DNA of 63,750 nucleotides, the filler included, from Octopus bimaculoides (lineage: Eukaryota): assembly GCF_001194135.2 (NCBI RefSeq). It is 6 parts of 6 records of this genome, joined end to end, with 100 filler letters (N's around TTAATTAATTAA, not from the genome) between each part and the next. Parts side by side here need not be neighbours in the genome. Positions count along the whole stretch, not along the records: positions 1 to 14,251 come from NC_068983.1; positions 14,352 to 35,675 come from NC_068981.1; 4 more parts are not named here. One strand, written 5' to 3'. A program made the position numbers and the translations under genes. The number at the start of each line of letters is the position of its first letter. Within the stretch, counting starts at the first letter, position 1. The notes beneath the pieces were generated by a model. It did not search any database, was not told where the DNA came from, and saw only the letters and a program-made list of their open reading frames with translations. This document shows positions 13,738 through 26,027 of this stretch, in pieces.

Positions 13738-14251
13738 GTTCAGTAGTTTTAGTTTTATAACGTGCTTTCACTTCACTACCGAGCGCAGCTCTGTGCGCCT
13801 TGGGTATGTGTTGTGGTTTGCTGTGGTGCTCTTATGTTTACTGTATTGAAAGTGTTTTGCGTAGAATTTGTGCAGTGCCCAGTAGTGCAATTTTCTCTAT
13901 GTTATATATATCTGTAAGTTCTGGTATTTTTGTTATGTATTTGTCTGAATATTGTTTTTATTATACCTAAGGCACCTACTATGATAGGAATTGTTTCTGT
14001 TTTTAGATTCCACATTCGAGTTATCTCTATTTCCAGGTCTTTGTATTTTGAAAGTTTTTCTATTTCTTTTAGACAAACGTTGTCATCTGCTGGTATTGAT
14101 ACATCAATTAGAAAGCATTTTTTTTCTTCATGATCTTTGACAACTATATCTGGTCTATTTGCCTTAATTTCTCTATCTGTGTGTATTGGCATATCCCAGA
14201 GTATGGTTGCTTTCTCGTTGTCTGTGACCTTTTCTGGCGTGTGTTTATACC
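13738..14251 (-). mobile_element. R4/Dong-like LINE 3' end, copy 5, with (TAA)n tail at 13678-13737
   Basis: ORF 13902-14192 DREIKANRPDIVVKDHEEKKCFLIDVSIPADDNVCLKEIEKLSKYKDL (PD-x-D-x-K REL motif). Near-identical to 2202-2733. Confidence 0.93.
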
Positions 14252-14351
14252 NNNNNNNNNNNNNNNNNNNNNNNNNNNNNNNNNNNNNNNNNNNNTTAAT
14301 TAATTAANNNNNNNNNNNNNNNNNNNNNNNNNNNNNNNNNNNNNNNNNNNN
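14252..14351. other. Assembly join spacer 1 (44 N + TTAATTAATTAA + 44 N)
   Basis: Same 100-bp layout recurs five times; the 12-mer has stops in all six frames. Confidence 0.95.
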
Positions 14352-14354
14352 ATA

Positions 14355-14409
<55 letters not shown>

Positions 14410-14598
14410 GTATATATGTAAATACATGCATATGTATATATGTAAATACATGCATATGTATATATGCATATACATAAATGTATATATATGTTTATCTATA
14501 AATATATATACATATATATATTTGTGTATATATATATTTGTATATATGTATATATTCATGTGTGTATATGCATGTATGTATATATGTATGTATATGTA

Positions 14599-14641
<43 letters not shown>

Positions 14642-15325
14642 GCATGTATGTATATGTATATGTGCGTGCGTGTGTGACAGAGAGGGCGAAAGAGGAAAAG
14701 AAAGACAATGTGTGCACACATACACATATACATATATATATATCAGTATGTGCGTGTTTGTGCATATATGTTTGTGTGTGGCTGTCTGCGCGCGCGCGCG
14801 TGTGCGTGTGTGTGCAGCTTTGAGTTTATATATATGAATACATTCATCTGTTCAACAAACATTGAAATGTACTTTAGATAGTGATCTGCCTTATAACCAT
14901 AAGAACAATTTTTATATATTTTTATTTGTATTTATTGTTTCGTAGTGTTTTTGCGAAATCTTGTATTCTATTTCATGGTTATAAACTGTGTATTTTATGA
15001 AATTTTAATTTTCTAATTAACTTTTATTAGATTCTATAATATAATATAATATAATATAGCAGCCTCGTTCTTTTCCCCAAATTCATTTGAACATGCGTGT
15101 ATATATGCGAAATACGCAAATGTGACGTTATAAAATTCACGTCAATAGGATGCATATATTTAATGTGTGTGTGTGTGCTCGTGTGCGTGTGTATGTGTTT
15201 GTTTCTGTACGTGTGCAACTTCGTAATATGCATACTTATGAATATACAGTCATATGCACGTATGAGAGGATGCGCAAATATATTCTTAAATCCGTATGCC
15301 TGTGTATGTCCATGCATGTGTATAA

Positions 15326-15369
<44 letters not shown>

Positions 15370-16049
15370 ACTTGGGGATGGTCATATTGCCAGTNNNNNN
15401 NNNNNNNNNNNNNNNNNNNNNNNNNNNNNNNNNNNNNNNNNNNNNNNNNNNNNNNNNNNNNNNNNNNNNNNNNNNNNNNNNNTGTGTGTGTGTGTGTGTT
15501 TTTGCACTGTTGTTCCAATGTATTTTACAATTAATTACCTGAAATATTTTATTCTTCCTCAATGAATGTGCTGGTGAGTGTGACTACACCTTCTGCTCGT
15601 CTTTCTAAGTGTGTTAGAAATTATGTCAACGATTTAAAGTGCAATCACGTGAAGTGTTATCTTCGCAACAGCTGTACATGTGTGCTAACGTGAGTATGCA
15701 CAAAATGACATTATGCATATATTAAGCTCTTTATAGGCACATTTGTTGAGATAAGGGTCTCTCAAATTACTGGTTCATTCGATAAGACCCTTCTAATAAT
15801 CTTTTTAAAACACTTATAGTGATTAAATATAGAGACGTATATATAGATGTATGTATACATGCGTATACATGCATATATATATTGGATTCGTGTTAAAGCT
15901 CTATAAATTACGTAATTATATGGATGATTATGTTTATATTTCAAGAGTAGAACCTGTTGTAGAGCGTAGAGAGCTTACGAAATACGAAATGTCAGTAAAA
16001 TATTTCTACGCATTTTAAATATATAGATATACATGTACATACATACATA

Positions 16050-16370
16050 CATCATCATCATCATCGTTTAACGTCCGGTTTCCATGCTAGAATGGGTTGG
16101 ACGACTTGACTGAGGACTGGCGAACCAGATGGCTGCACCAGGCTCCAATCTGATCTGGTAACGTTTCTACAGCTGGATACCCTTCCTAATGCCAACCACT
16201 CCGAGAATGTAGTGGCTGCTTTTACGTGCCACCGGCACGAGGGCCAGTCCGGTGGTGCTGGCAATGTCCACGTCCAAATGGTGTTTTTTACGTACCACCT
16301 GCACAGCAGTCAGTCCAGCGGCACTGGCAACGATCTCGCTCGAACGTTTTGTTCACATACCACCGTAAAC
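16050..16370 (-). mobile_element. RTE-type 3' tail / SINE (family D) ending in (GAT)n
   Basis: (CAT)n...TCCATGCTAG.ATGGGTTGGAC...GGAT.CCCTTCCTAATGCCAACCAC recurs at 37565-37810 and 45355-45455. Confidence 0.65.
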
Positions 16371-16781
16371 ACACACACATACAAACACACACATATACAG
16401 GGTGTATATNNNNNNNNNNNNNNNNNNNNNNNNNNNNNNNNNNNNNNNNNNNNNNNNNNNNNNNNNNNNNNNNNNNNNNNNNNNNNNNNNNNNNNNNNNN
16501 NNNNNNNNNNNNNNNNNNNNNNNNNNNNNNTATATATATATATATTAAGTAACCGGAAATTCGTTGGATTTGAGGCTCTCACCGTTAGAAACAACTTGAT
16601 GTAAACCTCAGGCATCAGTCTGCCGACCGCCGTCATTGGTTGTGGTCGTACGTCTTTGTAGATCGTCTTTGTTCGACAGTGCTTTTGCTCTGCACGTCGA
16701 TTTTGGTGATGGCTAAAACGAAGTAACAGGATGCTTCGAAGAAGTTCTGTTTTCTGCTGGAGCAAACGGTGGCCGTAACAG

Positions 16782-17021
16782 TTGCCCCGAGATGAAAAAA
16801 GTCTGGTTGATGAATACCACCATACAAGGCCAAAATTCACATCAGAGAGTGAACCAGAACTCTCTGTAAAAGGTTTTGGAGATGGATGTGGAACATGCAA
16901 CAACAGCTTCAAATATTTAGACCGTGGTTCTCACAAAATTTGGGAGAGGGCCCTCTTTCAAAGTACTTCGAGCAATCCACTGAAGCGTCACACCTCTGTT
17001 TTGAACTACCAATACCTGCAG
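16782..17021 (+). other. Candidate 240-nt phase-0 exon (unassigned; may instead be decayed LINE sequence)
   Basis: Open frame of 80 codons between TAACAG| and CAG|GTAAGT (donor at 17022). The acceptor lacks a good pyrimidine tract. Confidence 0.25.
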
Positions 17022-17052
17022 GTAAGTTTTGCTCATTGTGGATCTCAACATT

Positions 17053-17485
17053 AGGCGTAGGAGTGGTTGTGTGGTAAGCAGGCGTTTGAGTGGCTGTGTG
17101 GTAAGTTGCTTGCTTACCAACCACATGGTCCCGGGTTCACTCCTACTGCGTGGCATCTTGGGCAAGTGTCTTCTACTATAGCCTCGGGCCGACCAAAGCC
17201 TTATGAGTGGATTTGGTAGACGGAAACTGAAAGAAGCCTGTCGTATATATGTGTATATATATATATATGTATGTGTGTATGTGTTTGCATGTCTGTGTTT
17301 GTTCCCCCAACATCGCTTCACAACCGATGGTGGTATGTTTATATCCCCGTAACATAGCGTTCCGGCAAAAGAGACCGATAGAATAAGTACTAGGCTTCCA
17401 AAGAATAAGTCCTGGGGTCGATTTGCTCCACTAAAGGCGTTGCTCCAGCATGGCCGCAGTCAAAAGACTGAAACAATTAAAAGAG
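17053..17485 (+). mobile_element. tRNA-derived SINE family A, full length, 5' head partly duplicated
   Basis: A-box-like TGGCTGTGTGG (twice), B-box-like GGTTCACTCC, CORE-like CTTGGGCAAGTG, internal TA/TG microsatellite, tail GCTCCAGCATGGCCGCAGTC...ACTGAAAC. Homologous to 31928-32403. Confidence 0.85.
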
Positions 17486-17489
17486 TATG

Positions 17490-17845
17490 TTTTTTATGAC
17501 GCCCATTGGATTTGCAAGCCTTCTGGCATACACCACATTGAAACGTGTGCATAGACATAAAGTTAGAATAGTTGGTTGAAGTTTGTCTTCCATGGGTTTG
17601 TAGGTGAGCTTTGAGGCCAGCCAAAGACAGGCATGGTTTGTCACAGACTGTGCACACAAAAAGGTCCTTGTCACTCACTTTCTCGATCTTTACATTCTTC
17701 CTTAAATATCTTTTGTGTCTTGCTTGCGTTATCCTGGCCTCTTCAAACGCTTTCATACCATTCCACACTTTTGTTCGCCATCCACATCGATCTGAAGCGA
17801 GTGTTTCTATATCATCTGGAACCATTCCGAGTGACTTCATAGTAG
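17490..17845 (-). mobile_element. RTE-clade LINE C-terminus with two C2H2 zinc fingers
   Basis: TMKSLGMVPDDIETLASDRCGWRTKVWNGMKAFEEAR...KRYLRK (RTE C-terminal signature), followed by FVCTVCDKPCLSLAGLKAHLQTH and FQCGVCQKACKSNGRHKKH. Confidence 0.75.
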
Positions 17846-17889
17846 TGCTTATGATACATACATACATACAGACACACACATATATCGTC

Positions 17890-18150
17890 ATATGTATTCT
17901 TTTATTCTTTTATGCGCTTCACCTAACGGCTTTGGCCCTGATATGGCACCGCCATTATCATCACCTTTTCATTGGCTGTTACTGTGAATGTGGCAGATTG
18001 ATATTCTTGCTCTCAGTTCAACTAATTCCACTCACAAGGCTTTAATCGGCCCAAGACTACAGAAGACATTTGACCAAGTTGCCACACAGTGGGACTGAAC
18101 TCACATACATGTCATTGTGAAGCAACTTTCTTACCACACAGCCACGCCCG
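17890..18150 (-). mobile_element. SINE family A, degraded
   Basis: Reverse complement of the head (CCACACAGCCACGCC, GGGACTGAAC, CCACTCACAAGGCTTT) plus a tail remnant. Confidence 0.7.
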
Positions 18151-18860
18151 AGCCTGTACAGAAGATAATCTTGCTTTACTGGAAAGGTTATTCCGTAGCT
18201 GTTCTCTCCGTTTGACCATTTGATTTGCGAGAGAAATAAGTCAGATACAAATACAATGATATATCACTGACGTACGTAAAACAGGATACATTTCATAACG
18301 TATTTTAGACTGCATCGAAAGAAACAGAAATTTCACGGTTGAAATACATTTCAGATTGTTGTTTCTCAGTCATGTTGTACCTGAAACTAAACAACAACAT
18401 TATAATTTGAGATATTACTATACAATGTTTGAGACATTTTAACGAATGTCTAGCCGTTAGCTAACTTGCGAGTAAAATATATTTGAAAATATATATTTCC
18501 TCTGATTTGTTTTGAGAAATGTGCGTCTGTTTAATGTAATTATTTCCTCCAACTTTTGAAGATGAACAACATATATTTCTGAATTATGTTTTGTTTTATT
18601 TTAGATATATTTTTGGATTTGCTGGCGTTTGCTTCATTGCTTCATTTTATAAAAGTTTACTTCATATCATATCATATATATATATATATATAAATATATA
18701 CATATATGTATATGTATAATTTTACGCATATGCAAATTATCTCTTTTAGTCAGTCAATCAGCATTATATTGTCATCTACCAAACTAGTAGAATACTTACA
18801 ATATCCAGCTGTGTGTGTTTTTTTCTTGATTTTCCTTAATTCAGTATCATTGTTATTATG

Positions 18861-18909
<49 letters not shown>

Positions 18910-19142
18910 GAGAAAATAATAACATATTTAGTCATGACTCTTACACTAACACGTGAATGCATCTGCATACACACTCAGAGACACGTGTATGCGTGAATAT
19001 ATACATACATATACATATACGTGTGTAATGTATGTATGTAATGTATGTATGCATGCATGTATGTCTGTATATANNNNNNNNNNNNNNNNNNNNNNNNNNN
19101 NNNNNNNNNNNNNNNNNNNNNNNNNNNNNNNNNNNNNNNNNN

Positions 19143-19204
<62 letters not shown>

Positions 19205-19861
19205 CATACATATTGTATTAAATATTATACACACTAACACACAAACACACGAACACACGGACTCACATATATTTATAACTTGTAGATTACAACTAGCATA
19301 TTTCTTTGCTCAAGTGTGTAGGAAATGGCTCATCAGACATAGATAATAGACAAATATATGAAATATAAATATATAAATTGGATTAAACGGGAACTATACT
19401 TCGCTGCAAATATAAACAGTTCCATGTCTAAAACACCAAACCAAATTTGAGAAAATTCTCACTTTGGTATGTTTCGTTTTGCTTTTGTTTTCCGGTGTTT
19501 TTTTTTGTTTTTGTTTTTTGTGCGTAACATCTATATACTCGAGTGTGCTTGATTTTCAGAATAAAAATTGAAAATTATACATTTGATAAATGATTATATT
19601 GCTAATATTAGTGAGTGGAATATATATTTCAGATATCAGGATATTTTTTCCCTTATTGAGAAATTAAAGACATTAATAGTTCCTATAGATATATTATTAT
19701 ATGTCTAGATGTAGATGTACGCTTCTCATCAACCAAGAATAAAAGATCAGTGGTAATCATAACCTTCAGACGTAAGAGGCATTGGACTGACGTTGAGAGA
19801 CTGAAGGAAAAGGATGATACAATGAAAACATGTGCTAACACAATATTTCGCTTAACCAAGG

Positions 19862-20504
19862 CAATGGCAGCAACGTTAGCACGCCGGGCGAAATGCTTCG
19901 TGGCATTTCGCCTGCTGCTACGTTCGTTTTTGAGTTCAAATTCTGCCGAGGTCGACTCTGCCTTTCATCCTTTCGGGATCGATTAAATAAGAACCAGTTA
20001 CGCCCTGCGGTCGATATAATTGATTTAATCCGTATTTCTGTCTTTGTGTGTCCCCTCTGTAGACCCTTGTAGGTAGTAAAGAAATAAGAAACGTTAGCAC
20101 GCCCAGCGAAATACTTAGCGGTATTTCGTCTGTCTTCATGTTTTGGATTCAAATTCCGCCGAAGTCAACTATGCCTTTTATCCTTTGGGGGCTGTTAAAT
20201 TAAATACCAGTTACTGGGGTCGATGTAATCGACTTCATGTCTTTGCCTGTCCTTGTTTGTCCCCTCTCTGTTTAGCCTCTTCTGGGCAATAATGATATAA
20301 GAGACATTAGTACTCCGGGCAAACAGCTTAGCGGGATTTCGTCTGTCTTATGTTCTGAGTCCAAATTCGGCTGAGGTCGACTTTGACTTTCATCCTTTCG
20401 GAGTCGATAAATTAAGTACCAGTTGCGTACTGGATTCGATCTAATAGACTGACACCCTCCCCCAAAATTTCAGGCATTGTGCCTAGAATAGAAAAGAATA
20501 TTTT
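19862..20504 (+). mobile_element. tRNA-derived SINE family B, head-to-tail trimer
   Basis: Three related units starting at about 19862, 20091 and 20304, each with ACGTTAGCAC...GAGTTCAAATTC...GCCTTTCATCCTTT...AAGTACCAG. Confidence 0.88.
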
Positions 20505-21204
20505 GCATTACTGAGGCCCTTTATTACCAATGGGAAGCTGGAAATAAAAAGCTTCAAAAGAAATCAGGAGTGATATGAGTTTATAAACGATTTACTTCAT
20601 ATATAACGATGATATACATTCAAACACGCCCACAGAATGCACACTTTTACCTCCATATATACATACGCATACCTCATATATAAGTGTACGTTTGCATCTA
20701 TGTACTCACATATTTCAAAGATTAAATTTTTTCCTTTCCCTTTGACGTGTTACATTTTTCGCATTTTCACTGATTTGAAGTAATAATGCAAACAGTCAAA
20801 TTTGATAAATGATATATAAGAACAGCTATGAAACATCGTTAGAGTAAAATAACTTTGAAGAGAATAACTTCATTTGGATGTAGAGTATATTTAGACACAC
20901 AGAAATAAAATTTGAATCGAAGTTTTTAAGATTTATTTACCTTAACATAATCAATTTTACTATTCCGTGATTTTGAAAGTTAGTATAACTTTAAGGGTTG
21001 TGCAGTAATTCCGCAACTGTTTTAATGTAACATATGCTAATCCCCACCCTCCATTCTGGACTGCATTTGCAATTCTTAAAATTGTGAAACCAGTAGAATT
21101 AATACAAATAATCAACGTAAAGATTCCAAGTGTGTCTTCAGCTACACTTGTTGATATTTCAGCTGTAGCTAAACAAGCTTACTTTCTCTGTTTGTTCTCC
21201 ACCT

Positions 21205-21410
21205 CCACTTGGCAACCAGTGTGTTGGTGTGTTCACCTCCACGTAAATTAGTAATTCAGCAAAAGAGCCCAATAGAAAAAATAGAAGGCTTAAGGAAATA
21301 AGACCTGTGTGGATTCATTCATCTTGAAATCGTCATGGTGGTGCTCCAGCATGGCCTCAATCTAGTGACTGAAACAAGTAATTGATAAAAGATAAAAGAT
21401 AAAAGATTCC
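21205..21410 (+). mobile_element. SINE family A, 3' half
   Basis: Matches the family A tail (GGTGCTCCAGCATGGCC...GACTGAAACAAGTA), followed by (GATAAAA)3. Confidence 0.7.
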
Positions 21411-22359
21411 TAGCTTTGACTGTATGTCGAATATATAATTTTTTGTAATAAAAATGAGTGATTGCAAGATTTTTGTTCATGTAGCGTTCGCTGTAGGTAG
21501 TTGTGTTTGGTTATCTTTTAATGCAATCAAGATACATAAATAAACCATAAATAAATTTAAATTTTCCAGGCTTCTGTCATGTGAGAAGCATTTGATAGCT
21601 TCTTTTATATAATTTTATTTTTCTGACAGCGAAATATTTTCTCTTCATGTTTTTTTTTACTTTATAAATTGTCTTTTTACTTTGTACATATTCTTTTCAT
21701 TGAAGAATGATATGTAGTAGAGAAAACAGACGCATGTGTATCGTATGAATTTCGGCAAGATCTCTGGGATAAACAATAATTCGTGTTCTGTGCGTTGCTG
21801 CCTTGAAGAAAAGACAACTATTTAACTCAACACTTGGGTGTACAACGTTGATTTGATCATGTATTATCACGAACTTATTAAGTTAACTCCAGCAACCCTT
21901 GAATTCATGTTACTCTGAACAGTTTATGTTCACAAAAGAAGAGAGAATCACATGAATCTCAAAGCAATGGAACTGAAACGCGAGGAGTACGAGGAAATAA
22001 AATTACTTTTCCTTTAGTAAACCAGTTAAATCGTTCTTCAGTCTTATGAAGAATGGCACTCCTCCACACTTAATATGTATAGTATTGTAACAGAAATTTG
22101 GTACGTTTTAATTACGAAATGCCATAATATATGTTCTAATTATTCAGTTGCAGAATCTCTGTGTGTGTACGTGCGTGCGTGTGAGCGCGTGTGTGTATGA
22201 TCCGAATAAGAAGACAAAGATCAACTACATTTTTGCTGGGAAGGAGTGAAGATACAGTAATGTTTTAGATTAATCATGATACTTTATAATAATTACGTTT
22301 GCAGTTCTAATTAACAGTATTAATCATAATAAAGTAATAGCATTAATCATAATAATTAG

Positions 22360-23815
22360 AAATCTAGACATGCACATATATATTTAATTGATAAACTTCT
22401 GTAAAGTTTTACAGATTTTCACAGTCCCAGTGATGGATTATATCTGTAGTCTTCGAATTAGTTTTCTAATTTCTGGTTTTGAGAAGCCTAATTTCTCAAG
22501 ATTGGTATTTAGGCGGTGTGCTATATATCTCAGGGCTCCAATAATTACAGGTATAAACCTGAACTTGTAATCTGGATAGAGTAACTGCAAATTTCTTAAT
22601 AGTTCAGCATAGGTGTGCGTGCCTTTTACCCCTGGTATTCAGCTTTATGCTAACATCCGCTGGCAAACTAATTTCCGCAACTGTGCACAAATCATTATAT
22701 CAGGTTTGTTGTACTTACATTTTATTGAGATATTCACTGGTACATTTCACCAGTATTGCTTTTTATTATGAGTGGCTTCTACCATTTTGTGAGTTCTTAT
22801 TTTTTTGTCTTGTGATTATGCTTCTAACGGATTTCACTATGGTGTGTCCTAGCGACAACATCATGTCTCATCGATACCTAATTCCGTAATGACATTTTCG
22901 GACATCTACTAATGTGGGTGATATCTTCAATGGGAACTCCACAAATTCTGCTTCGGTTGTCACATTTTGCTGTTTTTTCTGGATCTCTATCCCTTTTGTG
23001 CGTCAGGTACTTATCTGATTTTCCCTGTTCCTTAATTACAAACGCATACCCTTCAAAGTGGGAGATAGTATTCCTGCTTTTGTTCCATGATTACCTATGT
23101 TACTATCGTCACGGAGCTTTCGACTAACATATCCATGCATAGTCTTCTGCTCATATAGGATTATCCTTTCATCTGATGATACGTTGCAGTAGAGTCGTAC
23201 GACTTCTTTCGGCATGTATTGTAGATAAAGAGTGCTGCTCGAGGAGCTACCTTCCAAGTCTAACGATGTTATCAGCCTCAGGCATGCAAACTTGGTCAAT
23301 GAATTCATTTCAACACTTGATGGTTAGAATATGTTGCCGAAGGGATATGATGCGACTTTCTAAGGCATTTTGGATCGAAGTTAAGCCTCTGGCGCCTTGT
23401 TTTTACTTTAGGTAGGGGCGGTCTACGTCACGGTTTATGTGGAAAATATGTGTCTGTTAGTATTTTTCGAGTGTTCAGATCAATGGCTCGGATCTCATCA
23501 AGCGTCCAATCAAGCAAGCCAAATGTTGGTATGAGTACTGGTACTGCAAAACATTGTGGGTCACTGTTTTATTGAATGGAGAGAGTTCTGAGGTACAAAT
23601 TTTCTTTTTACCGCTGTAATATTCTTTAGTGACACGTGTTTTGTTACAGGTACCATTGTAAGATATATTATCATTCACTCTTAGATACCTGTAAAATTCC
23701 TCGTCAATTACAGGAGAAACAGTCAAATCATTGATGCAGATGTTACTCGTCTGGTTTATATTTTCCCCCTTTTCACAAACATATACAACATTTATCATGA
23801 CCAAACTCCAATCCT
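22360..23815 (-). mobile_element. Second RT-REL LINE family (family II), degraded, 5'-truncated
   Basis: Manual translation gives FSKHVGLEFGHDKC, EEFYRYL...TKEYY...SELSPFNK, EDITHISRCPKM, NKPDIMI and TYAELLRNLQLLYPDYKFRFIPVIIGAL. Confidence 0.82.
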
Positions 23816-23859
23816 ACATGCTTTGAGAATGTATGTATGTATGTATGTATGTATGTATG

Positions 23860-23945
23860 TCATTATACAGCTTTATTTGAAGAAGACTTGCTTATAGAGA
23901 AAGAGCCGGTTTCTAACCCAAATCCAAGGTTCCTTCATTGAAATA
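23860..23945 (-). mobile_element. Family II LINE 3' UTR end with AATAAA and (CATA)n tail (23829-23860)
   Basis: ATAGAGAAAGAGCCGG..TCTAAC...CAAGG.TCCTTCATTG is shared with 35390-35440, which lies downstream of a family II ORF end. Confidence 0.7.
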
Positions 23946-24921
23946 TATATATATATATGTATGTATATATGCAGTAATGTATGTATGAGTGTATGTATGT
24001 GTGTGTGTATGTATGTATATATGTATGTATGTATGTATGTATGTGTATGTATGTATGTATGTTTGTAGGTAGGTAGGTAGGTAGGTAAGTAGGTAGGTAG
24101 GTAGGTAGGTAGGTAGGTAGGTAGGTTGGAACATTGTTCAACGACAAACCTGCATGCTTTTTCGTTGCCGTGTTACAATATTAGCATATTTACTGAATCC
24201 TAGCTGCAAAAGTAAATAATTTGATTGGATAAATATATAAGAATCTCGATATATCGTTTGCGTTATTATAAACCCGACAAAAATAGTCGTGATGACGATA
24301 AAACTCATTTGTTGCAGTTGTTTAGTTTGTTTTCCCGAATGATAAACACTACTTTTTAATTTAATTCATATTTAAGCTATTTATATGAATTGTATACATA
24401 TTTTTTTTTTATGAATTTACTTTGCGGTATAAGCCTTATCAATGTTCTATCAATATTGAATGGTCCAAACCGTTATCTGCGTTTCTATCAATTTCTTTAC
24501 ACTTTATAGTCATCAATAATAAACATCTGTTGTAGATTAGTTCCTACAATAAATTTAACTAGATCATTAAATGTTTGATGTAGTCAAAAATTATTTAATT
24601 AAATTATATTTAAATACATTCAGAAAGCGGGTTGTGTTTTGAAATACCATATGTGTTTCTTTCTTTGTATTCTTCTTCTTTTCTTCCTTTCTTTGTTTCT
24701 CTAGAATATGTGGATATGAGAGTCTGTATGTGTCTTTGTGTGTCTTTGTACATAGACACAACAAAGTATAAACACCTGGATATTTATACAGGTGTGTTGA
24801 CGTGTGAATCTGTCAAATCCTTCTTCCCCTCTCTTTACTGATATCTCTTTATTCCTGTAACCATTCATAAATACTCACAAATATGTGTGTGTATGTATGT
24901 ATTATGTATGTATATACATAC

Positions 24922-25046
<125 letters not shown>

Positions 25047-25047
25047 T

Positions 25048-25769
25048 ATACTAATAAGGAGCAAATATTCAGGAGTGAATATTTATATGGATATTATTAT
25101 TGTTATCATTACCCGGGGTAATAAAATAATTGATAATAACAACAACAATAGCATAAATGTGTTGCAGAACTAAATTATCATTATATAGCTATAGAATTAA
25201 AATTTATATTAATCATAAGGGCACACAAATGCGCCTGTCTGCTAGAAATAAGAGTTAAATCACTCATTTAAACCACCAATAACACTGAAAATTACAATAG
25301 AAAATCAACAGTAGTCGGGCGAATGGGCCCAAAAAAAAATCTTTCACATACCTATATAGCCCAATGCTATATATTTCTTAATATTTGGATACGCGTTGAC
25401 CAATTTCTTGTTTGACGTACAATCTTACATTCTTCAGCACATATTACTGGTTGAAACATTTTCTCAACCCTTCTCGTTGAAGTCTGCAGGTGTTCTGAAT
25501 TCTTTTCCACCAAAATCAGAACAACCTCAGTATATAAAAAAATACCAATAAGGAGCAAATGTGCAGGAGTGAATATTTATATAGGTCTATTTTTTTTTTG
25601 TTCTTATCGAGAATAATATGAATAGTTGATAATAACAACAACATTAATATAAGTGGTTGCAGGCATAAAATAGCATTATGTAGCTATAGAATAAAAAATG
25701 TATATCAACCATAAGGGCACACAAATGTGCCTGACTACTAGAAATAAGAGTTTAAACCCTTATTTAAAC
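25048..25769. repeat. Diverged direct repeat of about 225 bp (25048-25273 and 25542-25769)
   Basis: Both copies carry AATAAGGAGCAAAT...CAGGAGTGAATATTTATAT...TAGCTATAGAAT...CATAAGGGCACACAAATG.GCCTG...CTAGAAATAAGAG. Confidence 0.85.
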
Positions 25770-25852
25770 ATGTCTATATATATTTATAAATATGTGTGTG
25801 TATGTATGCATATCTATAAATCCATATTTGTGTATGTTTAAAGAAACATAAA

Positions 25853-26027
25853 TAGGTGCAAGAGTGGCTGTGTCGTAAGTAGCTTGCTTACCAACCACAT
25901 GGTTCTCGGTTCAGTCCCATTGCGTGGCACCTTGGACAAATGTCTTCTACTATAGTCTAGGGTCGATCAAAAGCCTTGTGAGTGGATTTGGTAGAAGGAA
26001 ACTGAAAAAAGCCGGCCGTATATATAT
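25853..26027 (+). mobile_element. SINE family A, 5' half running into a (TA)n gap
   Basis: High similarity to 31928-32095. Confidence 0.85.

Noticed and set aside
14296-14307. TTAATTAATTAA as a regulatory or homeodomain site
   Set aside because: It is always centred in a 100-bp N spacer, so it is an artificial linker.
17460-17891. Host C2H2 zinc-finger gene
   Set aside because: The fingers follow an RTE C-terminal signature directly, and there is no splice or start context.
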